Origin: Azolla caroliniana
Lineage: Eukaryota; Plantae; Polypodiophyta
Assembly: GCA_043228905.1 (NCBI GenBank)
Contig: JBHGNT010000002.1
Coordinates: 2,728,001 to 2,792,000 of the forward strand
Length of the DNA: 64,000 bases
Direction: 5' to 3'
Part shown: one piece after another, positions 26,401 through 37,877 of the stretch
Layout: each line of letters begins with the position of its first letter
Position numbering within the stretch: the stretch's first letter is position 1
Position numbers and translations under genes: made by a program
Notes under the pieces: model-generated
The model's database searches: none
The model's input: the letters and a program-made list of their open reading frames with translations, nothing else
Told to the model about the DNA's origin: nothing

Positions 26401-29400
26401 TAAATTTTGATTGTCCTAGTTATATAGGTTGGTCTAACACTTGAAGCTCTTCCCTAGTTGCAATCTACCTAAAAAGAGGCCAATGTTTGGGAAGAAGATT
26501 TGTCCTCCTCGTTGTCGATGGACATATACAAGAGTGTGTGGTTGGATCCTAAGCATTGAATTGTGGCATAGTTTTAAAACATTGAAAGGGAAAACTATAA
26601 AAAATAACATCATGAATCTTGTAGACATCTTTTAAAGATCTTATTTCCAACATGTGGGCGATACTTAGTTTCTTAAATTTTGAGTTTATGCTCCTAGTCT
26701 AGAAACCACATCATAATATTTTGGAAGGACCCAATAATTATGTTTTATAATATGTGATGGTATGCATTCCCAACCCAAGAGCAAATGGATAGGTTTCCTC
26801 ACTATTGGGTTTTCCCAAGAAATATTCGATCTTATGTTTGATTCTATTTTCATTTTGAGCAAATATTTTAGTCAAGTGGCATCGCCAATCATTGGACAAA
26901 TGTGTATACAAATGACCAAAGTAAAAAGAATGTGAAGTATGCATACACATGTCATATACAAAGCTTATTGTTATTATCCGGAGATGTTAATAAATAAATT
27001 AGTATATGTAGGTAGACACATATATAGAGATGGTTAGTGCTAGAAAGTAATGAAAATACTACTAAATTTTGTGGGTAGTTTGCAAGACAATATTTTGATG
27101 TTGATGGACACCTTTTGAGGAAAATACAACATCGAAAATAGAGTTTGGTTTGTCCTTTTCAAGATAATTAAATCATAAGGCAAATGTTATGCATAATCAC
27201 GAGACATATCATTAAGTTATTTAAAAGACACCCCCAACAAAAAGCAAAACAAATATTTCATCCATGTTTCCTTGAAAAAGGATAGCGCATATGATGAGTC
27301 TTTTAGGAAATATCGGTTTATGCTATACGGTTCCCAACGTAATGTTTCATACACAATCCAATAATGATCCTAGATGGAAGCATGATTGTGCGAATTATAA
27401 GCTCAAAGTATATACTTATCAAAATTATAAGTGTAGCACACACAAAGACCATAAAAAACTAGAAAGGTCAGGAGATGAGTATTTAAATGGATTTGCACTT
27501 ATAAAACTCTCATGTCATGTTTATGTTTTAGAAAGTACATAAAAAGCATGTTAAAAACTTGGGGAAATTCTAGTTATCAATTCATTCTTGTATCTTAGGT
27601 TCAGGGTAGTGGACTGTCTTGATCATTTCTTGTGTTAAAGAAAGATTATGCATCTTGGCAAAGTTATGGTTTAGAATATGTGGTGGTTTCAAGTAGGACA
27701 TATAGCTATATGAAGTATGTGGATTGTTAGGTTAGATTCACACTATGTTTCATGATTGATCATTGAGTTTCTGCCTCCTTGTTGCATATAAAGTGTTCAA
27801 AACCAATATTTGAAGAAATGTTATAGTGAATGCAACATGAACAATATAATGTTCATAACATGAAAAACCCACAATATTCATGTTGCAAAGTATAAATTTT
27901 ATATATTTGAGTTCTTCAAAGCACATTAAAGTAAGCTTGTGAATCTGTAAGCAATAATCCGTTATCGCATTTGATCTATTGTAGCAAGCATTGTGTCGAA
28001 TTGTCCACTTTCTCAACACTACCAACACAGTAGTGTGTCAAATTATGAACTTCTTTCTAAACCACTTTTTCAACATTACCAATAGTTTTCTAATACACTG
28101 ATTGAACTTTACTACCCAACAAACAATTCCATGTGTTCTATACATTTTAGGATTAAAGAAACTCACAACCTTTTTAAGCAGCTAAAACTGTAACATGAGA
28201 AGATCACTGGTGCTTTTGTTTCCAAACCCCCCTTGCCCCATTTTGGAAGAGAAACTCTGAAATTTTGACAACATAAAAAACAAAGAGTAATTCAAACCAA
28301 AGTTGTACATAGAAAACTGATGTGACCTTTCATCTGAAAGTATCCCTTTTAGTTTCCAACCGTAGAGCCTAGTATTTATACACACTCTATTATTCAAATA
28401 TTGTTGTGGACCCTTTTTTTCATAGACCTTGGTTTCGCCAAAATTTACCATGTACTTGGTCAGTTGTTGTGCAACGTTTTTTAATGGGCACTAGTACCAA
28501 CCCCGGTTAATATCCAAAAAGGTTTGACTCAATATGACTCCCACTTGTGTACCACTCTCTTTGGAAACTTAGCATCCCTTATAGTCATTACATCAACATT
28601 TACGCCGAAACTAAAACATACTACCACCTATCAGAAGAGCTTCATGATGACCTTACCTAGAGAATTATCGCATTCATAATATTCGATTGAACTTTTCTCA
28701 GTTGGTCCTTTCACAGATCTTAGCTATTTTGCCATTTATTATAATCAGGTTGGTAACTTTACTTTCCTTCACAACTTCGGTTCTTTTGTAAAGTGAATTT
28801 ATCTATAGTAAACATTCAAGAATGCGTCAAATTCATCTCGCAACCTTGCATTGCATGTTCGTATGTGTTTACGTATTCTAAATCACATGTTCTCGAATCA
28901 AGAGAAACACACAAATCATGCAATTTATTACGTTGCCCAAATTAGTTAAATTGTTTGAAATGTGCACACGTAAGCATGCATATCTAGAAGCACGTACACA
29001 TTCATACTTCCATACCTATGTATACATGCATATATGTATATATATACACATTACTGTACATAGAACATCATATGCAAATGCAAAGATTGTAGAGTACATT
29101 AACATGTCCATTTGTTCCTTTCCAAAACTACTTCCAAAGAATTCATTTACTATTGCAAAAGGTACAATGCTCACAAAAAAAGTTTTTTTGGAACAAGAGG
29201 AAACATGTTGTTTTGCTTGTTGCTTATTGAAGATTACTCATTTTAATTAGAACCATTTCCATGCTATGCAAGTTCAATATGACTTATACTTTATAAGTTT
29301 ATATACACTCAACCTTTACATAATTTGGTTTTATTCATTTGGATCATTGCTCAAACGCTATATTATATACCTCAAAACAAAATTGGAGACCCCTAATGAA

Positions 29401-29490
29401 CTTTGTTTGGTTAAGGACACCTACTTTAGTATGTATATACTTGGTTACATGTCTACTAGATGTATACCTTTTTAATAAAGGTTAAGTGTG

Positions 29491-30712
29491 ATGTGGATGA
29501 TAATGGTAAGTTGTGGCATGTATTTTCTACATCAGATGTGTGGATGTCCGCCAATGTTTCAACTATTCGAGTAGTTGCAAGATCTAGAAAAAAGTGGTTC
29601 TTGGATCCACCCTTTCAAGAATGCTTGTTGTGTTGTTCATTGTGGGGTTTTCAAAAAAAGTCTCTTTACAATTGGACTGGGATCCAACTAATTATTAATG
29701 GAAAAAGTCGAGTGCTGGTGGAAATGGTAAACGTTTGGAGTTTTTCCAATATTCGGTTAAGTTAGGTAGAAATTTGTTGTTGCAATCAAAGTATAAATGT
29801 CCCGCTATCATGAAGCATTGGAGTGCAAATAATGTGCATGCATTGTAACTTACCAAATTGTGGAAATGGTTGTGGAGTATGCAGTTGCCGAAAAAAGTGA
29901 TTTGTTTTCGTTGGCTATTGATGCATTATGCTCTTCTTGTTGGTGATTGGTTGAGGCAAAATCAACAATATGCTTGTGGAATGCATTGTGGTGCATCTAT
30001 GGAATCCATTTTGCATGTGTTTTGGTTATGTCCCAAGATCAAGCAATTTTGAGTAAGCTGTTTTTATTGCTGAGACAACATTATTCTCGTTCTATTTTCT
30101 CGTGAGGTGTAGTATTATGGGGTGTCCTTCATGGAGATGTTATGAAGTATGAAAGTAGGCATGCTTCTCATGTCTTTCACTTTTCCCATGGACACCTCTA
30201 TCTCACCTCATTTCAATATTCTATTCCATGGTTTAGAATTGAAAATCTGGTTATTTGACATACTATTACGTCATTAGCTCTTTGGATAATATGGAAAGTG
30301 AGATGTGATGTCGTTTTTAATAATGCTCACATACATCCCCGCACCATGCTTATTGAATTTTGGTTGTTATTTGTCCATACACTACATGGTCAATATGATG
30401 GTTTGCAGGGTTTAGCTGATGTTCTATGGCAACATCAAGTGGCCTTTAAGAAACAAGGGCTTCACTTAGTTTCAGATACAACTTATGGTCTAAGGTGGAA
30501 TTATGCCATACCGTCTTTTTTGTTGCATAGCTTGTAGTTTTTGCTCCACTTGTTCCTTATATGATATCATCTGTTTGATTTGATGTTGGTATTAGCCTTT
30601 GTATCACAATAGAAGTGAGATGAAATGTCTCCTTCAATTTTCTCTATGTACATTTTTGAAGTAATATACTAAGGTGCATCTTTCTTTAAAATAAAATATA
30701 AATATAAATATA
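29491..30712 (+). mobile_element. 5'-truncated L1-type LINE (zf-RVT C-terminus)
   Basis: WKWLWSMQLPKKVICFRWLL..CMHC..ESILHVFWLCP; A-rich tail; 17-bp TSD aataaaggttaagtgtg at 29474-29490 and 30713-30729. Confidence 0.88.
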
Positions 30713-32771
30713 AATAAAGGTTAAGTGTGCAATTTTCGTTCATTTATGAATCAAGTGAAACTCTTAAACCAATCTTTGTTTCCTAGTGTTTGGGACAAAA
30801 GTGTATGCTTCCGTTTAAAAAAAAAAACCTAGGCATTGCCTTGAGTGGATTTGCAATATTTAGTTGGTTTTTAATAGATGGCCATACTATTCGACTTGGT
30901 TTGAAATGACATATAACATGCTTTTCCTTTTCCTAAGTTACAAGTATTTTAATTCTTTATTCAATTTTAAAGTTACTAGTTCAAATATGAGTAGAACATA
31001 GCCATTATAAAACTATACCCGAAAGATTCAATATTTTTACCATTGATTTCTTCTTTTCATTAATGGTTTAAGTTCTAAGTTAGGTTCTATTATCTATGCC
31101 AAAATCAAAGGCACTTGACTGCCAATCAAACAATACATATGGCATTTACTAGTATGTATGTAGAGACAATAAACAATATTCATGGAGCAATAAACAAGCT
31201 TTAGGCCACCTAATTCAAAAAGGAAGTAGTTGAGGTTGTGGAATGCTTTTTATGAGTTGAAGCCTAAACCAATGGCACGGTAGCTGTAGATGGATTGATT
31301 TCTCACAAAAGTAAATTCATGACATCTCAAACTTAACATGTTGCCCACTACATAAAAAAATAACTATGAAATATTAGGGACCCTTATGATGAACAATTTG
31401 GATCTAAACTCAATCTTTGATTCGATCAAGCAAACATGATTCTCCTCATTTACTACTTTTGCGACCATATTGTGATTGTTGTTCAAAAATTGTTCATGTA
31501 GTTGGGTTATGACGATTCTCCCTTTCTGTTACGGGCATGCTTCCTTTCGGGGATGCTCTCACACCTCCGTGTTCCGCAATCATGTTTTAACATATGGACT
31601 TTTTGATAGCTCATATTCTTGAAAACAAAGTGTATTGCCTCACTGACCATCGGGTACTCTAGCCCTTTTAACGTGACATGTCTTTTGTTGTTGTTATTAG
31701 TGATGCAATGACTAGTGGTATATGTCAACACCCTAGATGGTCCTCTCTCTCTCTCTCTCTCTCTCTAATTGTGGGCATGGAAAGGGTTGTTGAATACATG
31801 TTTATCGTACAATAAACCCCCTCATATCAACTCTCTTGAATCTCACGCGACAAAGTAAAAACATTCAAAATACAATCAAATGCAAAATCTTAAGTTCTAA
31901 TGAATGAAGATATGAAGAAATGGTTTGGAAGATGGGATTAATCACATTGCTTTATGATGCATGCATAGATTCCTCCATCAATGAGGTTCTTTTGCAATGT
32001 TAGTCGTGGCTTGAGAAATATAAGGAGGCTCGCATTTCACATATTATATTACTCATGTCGCACAAAACGATTTTTTTAACAAGGAAACCGGACTCATTGA
32101 TATGTGCTAGAATCCACTCATCATTTGCACATTTACTTCCATATGACATACTCACATTCTGTTCGATGTGAGACAGGGCATTGGAGCACATGCAAGAACA
32201 CTCATCACTTCGATCTGCAAATACTACATGCAAATGTTTCAAAATTTGTCTCATCAGTCATATTTAACCTATGAAGAAGATTAATAACCTCTCTAAGAAG
32301 AAAATAATATCGCAATGTTATCAACTACTTAGAAGCTGGAAATAGGGTTTTATATGCATTTGTGAACACATGAATTGGTGGATATATCAAACTTGAGTTC
32401 TTAAGAAATACCTATTTGCAGTTTGGTGATGCCAATGCTTCTAGATTGACTTGACATATGGGGTTGGAACATCCCTAAGTCTACTAAGAAAGAGTTTAAA
32501 AATGTCCAAATGTGCTTTTTACGAAATTTCTCAAAGTCCAAGCTACAAGCCCATACATGCTATTTCTCAATGTTAGACCATCTATTTAGATCATGACCAT
32601 GAAATGGGTTGTTAAGTACAAACTAACAATCAACATTGGTTCGGTTTGAACTCAACCAAATTGAACCATGACTTAACGACTTAACAGTTTAAATGGTTCG
32701 GTTTGATTCGGTTTGGGGGTGAACGGTTCAATTCGGTTCGATTTTAATGGTTTGAAACCACTGTTTAAATG

Positions 32772-33215
32772 TGTCATGAACACATGACCATTATGGCGTC
32801 ACCCGAACTTGAACCTCGAACCTTGTAATCCATACTTGAAAACCTCAACTATTAAGATAACTTATTGTTATATAAAACAATAAAAGCCACTTCTTACATT
32901 ACATTGATTATTGTAAAAACTCTAGATTATTCCAGAATGTTCTAGAATGTCCTAGAGCATTCTAGGTCTAGAACATTCTAGAACATTCTAGAAATCTCTA
33001 AGCTATTCTATAGGAACCTATAAATAAGGGCATACATGTATTCTCAAATCAATTCGAATCAACACCAGTCTTTAGCTCTCATTACATATCTTATATCCAT
33101 TCTCTTTCTTTCTCTATCTTATACATCCATTCTTCTCTTAGTATTTCGTTCCTTTCTTCTTGTGTTCTCTAATATCCTTCTTCCATCACTCTATCTTTTA
33201 TCCTTGGCTCTAACA
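32772..33215 (+). mobile_element. Solo LTR (444 bp) with heat-shock elements and a TATA box
   Basis: TGTCA...TAACA termini; 5-bp TSD aaatg (32767-32771, 33216-33220); ctataaata at ~33018. Confidence 0.82.
32930..32993. promoter_or_regulatory. Heat-shock element arrays (alternating nGAAn / nTTCn)
   Basis: TTCcaGAAtgTTCtaGAA and GAAcaTTCtaGAAcaTTCtaGAA, ~25 bp upstream of the TATA box. Confidence 0.75.
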
Positions 33216-33286
33216 AAATGGTTTGATGGTTATAAAATTTTTCTTTTTAAATAGCCTTGACATTTTAAAGCTAATTCTCACATTTT

Positions 33287-34243
33287 TCCCCCCTCCAAAA
33301 AAACTCCTTCCATTAGTTATAAAATTTTACAAATGAGACGATTATGTACAAATCCTTGAAGGGACGCGATAGTTCCATCTTATGTGGATGCCCACTGACT
33401 CAAGAAAGGGAGAGGATGACCATTGTTGGATGAAGGCTATTCGTTGCCTTAAGGCCATCATATTGGCTCTTCAGAGTGGCTACAATTTCACTCCATATCT
33501 CTTGCAGTAACCTTGTTGGATGTGCGGTTTGGTTGGAGAAGACTCGCCTATATCGTTGTTTCCATAGAATCCAAAGAGTTATTGGGTTGACCAATTCCAA
33601 CACCTCTTGAGATTTGTCATTAAGAGGAGTGGAGTGGACATTGCCGCTGGAGGAGAAGAAGACCTCTTGTGCTTTTATCACCAAAGTCGCCTTGCGCCTG
33701 GCATAATTGCAACAAGCAGCCAACTCCCCGCCATATTCAATGGGATGTTGGGCAGTCCCACAGAGCATGTTGTATTGATTCTATTGCATGTGGGCACTCT
33801 ACACAATTAAGAGAGCTAAGGTTCCCACGTTACCATGCTCCCACCGGTAGGAACTTATGTATCAATAGTCATTGGAACGTGGTAATTTGCCTCGCGTGTT
33901 GTTGTTTCCAGATTTTCTGCCAAAACTTGGTGATTATTGTGGGAGGAACTTGAAATGTGTGCTAGACCTTCGCAACAGCCGACTCTTGGGCAGTTTGAGC
34001 AGCTAGAATGTGGCGACCCAATCTAGTTGTGAATTGGAAGAAAGGGATAGGTTTGATTCCTTGCCATACGTAGGGATCACGCCATGTCCATTGCAAAGGG
34101 TCCCAACTGACCTTACGTAGCCATGTGTTTTCGTGAGTACATATGTGCCAATTGGGTTGTACTTTGATCGGATCAAGATCTACAATCCATTTATGACCAG
34201 TATACGTGAGTACTCGAATTGCGTTATTCAGTGTTAGTGTCTC
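33287..34243 (-). mobile_element. 5'-truncated L1/Tx1-type LINE inserted in hAT copy 1
   Basis: zf-RVT-like translation (FWQKIW..CVEC..ESIQHALWDC, ITLWILWKQR); 17-bp TSD gctaattctcacatttt at 33270-33286 and 34244-34260. Confidence 0.88.
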
Positions 34244-35389
34244 GCTAATTCTCACATTTTAGGAAAAATCATTAAAATTTGAAATAATGAAAATTTTAAA
34301 AATTGAATTTTGAGCTAAGTTGAAAATCGAAACCAAACCATGAAACTGTGGTTTTAGCGGTTTAATGGTTTAACGGTTTGGATTTTGACCAAACGGTTTC
34401 AGTTTAAATGGTTCGGTTTAATGGTTTTGTGGTTCGGTTTAGTTTGGATTTTGACCTAACGGTTCGGTTTAACAATTTCTTGGTTCGGTTTAGTTTGGAG
34501 TTTGAGCTAATGGTTCAGTTTAACAGTTTCATGGTTCGGTTTAGTTCGGTTTAGTTTTCAAAATTTTTAAACGGTTCAGTTTGTACACTCTTGAATTGAA
34601 CCGAACTGAATCGTTGCCAATTGTTAGTACAAACTTGATGGTAAAAAACACTCTCACGGTCACTTCCTAAAATTGATTTGTGAATCAAGTAAAAGGATTC
34701 TAGAAGACATATAAAGCAAAATTTAGGGTTATGAATGGAGGCAAGATATGAAGAAATGATTTGCAAAGTGGGAAGCATATTTTCCTTAATCAAGTTTGAG
34801 AGGCAAAATATCACACTTTGATAACAACAAATAAGGTGTGGACAACATCTTTATCTTTCAAAATAGCGTACATATATGGAGCTCTTCAAGAGGAGCCATT
34901 CCCCACACAAAATATAACCTCCCTCTATGAAAACACACCATATGTTTCATTACAACATGTTGCATTCCTTATTAGGTGTATATAATTACACTAAGATGCC
35001 CCCTCTCTAGGTTGAGCTTGATTTTACTATCGAATATCATGCTTTAAAGTTTACACTAAGATTCCTTTGGCCTCTCTTTTCGTTCAGGTACCTCTATGGT
35101 TCTCTTGGCCCTCTTTTATAGGGTTTGTCTTTATCATGTGGATATTGCAACATCCAAACATCATATGATTAAATATTGTGGCATTCCCCACTTTGTGATG
35201 TTTCATATTTCCTTGATCTTCAAGTGCCATTCACTTTGGTTATATCAACAACTAAAGCCATGCACAATATAGAATGTGTCGAGGCCTAACATTGCATCTA
35301 ATATTGCATTTATGAATGCTAATGGGGATGTGTACATAGAATCTCTTTATTCACATTTGATATTCAATGCCTATTTATGAAGTGTTTTG

Positions 35390-35651
35390 TTATTCTTTGG
35401 TACTAGTACTATTGGACTTCATCATTCTTTTCTCCTCATGACTTAGGTGATAAATCCTATCTAGAGAAAATGGTTGATTTCGTCTTTGATTCTTTCGATG
35501 TAGTTCAAATTCATTTAATAGTGTTGTTTGACACATTGGCACCACATCCTCTTTCAATTGTATCTTATGCCAATGAAATCTTAGTTGTGGCCCTATCACA
35601 TCTTCCAAAAATAATTGGAATGTCATTGTACCTACTACATTTTTTCCACTC
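35390..35651 (-). mobile_element. Old Gypsy remnant (RT N-terminal region); continues 57094-57720 across hAT copy 2
   Basis: FHWHKIQLKEDVVPMCQ resembles FYQHKINL..KPV.Q of the Gypsy A/B pol. Confidence 0.55.
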
Positions 35652-37382
35652 ATCATGTCTAATAGTCGGCAACGGTTTGGTTGGAACCGAACTGAACCAT
35701 GAAACCGCGACTTAACGGTTTAAACTGTTCGGTTCGGTTTCAACAGTTTAACGGTTTTATTTTTTAAAGATTTAAAAAAAAAATATTAAAAATTTGTTTT
35801 AAAACAATCTTTTCATTTTCAGGCCTTATTCTCACATTTTTTTCTTTTAAAAAAAAACACTACTTCCCATTAGTTAGCAAACAAAATACATCAAAGTTCA
35901 ACCATAATCAGCAAAACTCACACTACTCCACACAAAACTAAGCATAATCCCCACCCTGATATTTACAACAAAAGTATCCCGCTAACTCTTTTAACATGGT
36001 AACCACATATTTACATCTCCTTTCCACTAATGGAAGCCATAGGCGGAAACAACCATCTAGGCCTTGATGATGATTTTACCATCATAGGAGAACGACCCCA
36101 TTTCAACAAAAACTTTGACCAAGCCCTTTCTGCTTCATCCAAGTTCCCTTCAATCGAGTTGTATCGTCCGCGCAGCCAAGATACCAACTCGAACCAAATG
36201 TTTAGCAACACCTCACCACTTGGGAGTTTTCGTTGCTGAAAAACAAACATACATCGTCTGGTCCAAATGTGCCAGACCGAGAAGCACGCCACCAACATCC
36301 ATATCTCCTCAAAGAACCCAGAGTTTGTACTAGGTTTCATTCCAACACATTTGAGTACACTTCCACCCTGCACTATAAATCCATGACCATGTGGATTTAG
36401 TTGTTTCGCCCAACCTTCCCCAATTAGCTTCAAACCCTGTAAGGACCCCCACACAACTCTCCCACTCACACCGCATGCTGCCACTATCCTGAGACTTCTA
36501 CCCCAAATGCTGATTGCCTCTGCACAAATCCAAAAACTGTGAGGTATTGATTCCAAAGAGTGACCACATAACTTACAACCAGTCTCCCCACCACGACACC
36601 TCATCCACACCCCTACAGGAATCGCCTTATGGCGAAGAAGCCAAAACCAAACCTTTATTTTTTCTGGCATATCCAATGCCCATAGTCTCCTCCAAAACGA
36701 CTTCAACAAGTCATCTGATATGCCTTTATCCCTCCAACTATTGTGAGTCTGAGCAGTGCCCACTGATTTGGAGCCAATGATTTGCCTTCCGAGCTTAGTA
36801 CTATAATAAAAAAACCCCTCTAGTTTGTTCGTTCCCGATTTCTGCCACCATACCTCTAATGGATCCCACTCCAAATTACGTAGGGACTTATTGTTAAATA
36901 GCCATAGTTTACAATCAGTATCTAGCTTCCATGGGTCTAGGTTTACTTGCCACTTCTTACCTTCCAACACTGCCACCCGCACTGCCAACCACCGGTCATT
37001 GTCGGACAAAGCACTTAGGTTTCCCCACAAATGATACTAATTAGATGGGCACTTGCCATGGATAATTTTTCCATCACTCTCACCTACAAACCACCAGACC
37101 GAAACCCCTTTCCTCATTCAACCTTTCTAGACCATCAACAACCTTATTTATCAGCTGGGTCACATTCTCAAGCCTACCAGTAATGCTACCAAACTGACCC
37201 TCACTCCTCTTCATTATGAAAACATCTGAATATCTTACTGAACTAACATTGTACCCTAACATGCACCCCCATGGCAAATATTTTTTCTGTCTAAGCATCA
37301 TGCCGTCTTCGTTTCTAATCCTAGGGTTCCAAAATAGCGGTTGTCGGAGTTGTTCCTCCAATGTTTTCAGTTGCATTAAGAT

Positions 37383-37823
37383 TGTTGTCCGCCGGAATTG
37401 TAACCGCCGGACATGGCGCGTAAAATATAAAATATAAAATATATTAGAAGTGTTAGGAAATGTATGTAACGGTTCATGCAAGGAGCGTGACCGACTAAAA
37501 GCCCTGTGTATATAGAGGGCAGAAATCCTTTGTAAGATGGAGCGTGTAATTTTTGGGAGTGAAGCTTTTGTAATAGAATCCTATCTTCTTTGATCTCCTT
37601 GTCTGTCTGTGTAAGTAGTCTACTATCTTGGCGTTGCATTCTGATTCGTAACTGTGGGTTGTAAGCGTAGGGTAAGTGCATTCTTCCCTTCACACCCAGA
37701 CGATACGTTTGCTTAGTATCCTGTTACAACTCACGCCTAACACGGACTTGTTCCTTGTAAACACAATCACCTTGAAGTCTACCTTGAAGGACTACGCGTA
37801 GACAGTGTTCCTAATCGGTAACA
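37383..37823 (+). repeat. Gypsy A 5' LTR
   Basis: Direct repeat of 56239-56679. Confidence 0.95.
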
Positions 37824-37827
37824 CTTT

Positions 37828-37841
37828 TGGCATGCCTGGTG
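37828..37841 (+). other. Gypsy A primer-binding site (tRNA-Arg-like, C>T decayed)
   Basis: tggcatgcctggtg, 4 nt after the LTR; resembles TGGCACGCCCGGTG. Confidence 0.7.
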
Positions 37842-37877
37842 ATCTATGATTTCTCGTAGATGAGTAGCAAGGAATGG

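Larger units (their letters stand above)
32624..34626. mobile_element. Non-autonomous hAT element, copy 1 (~580 bp core), carrying a solo LTR and a LINE
   Basis: TIR taacaatc../..ccaattgtta; 8-bp TSD gtacaaac (32616-32623, 34627-34634); many ggttcggttt / aaccgaac subterminal repeats. Confidence 0.85.

Noticed and set aside
23500-29400. Scattered short ORFs, possibly old TE debris
   Set aside because: No recognisable motifs, splice structure or termini
34330-34610. CRISPR-like repeated ggttcggttt units
   Set aside because: Eukaryotic context and irregular spacing; these are hAT subterminal repeats
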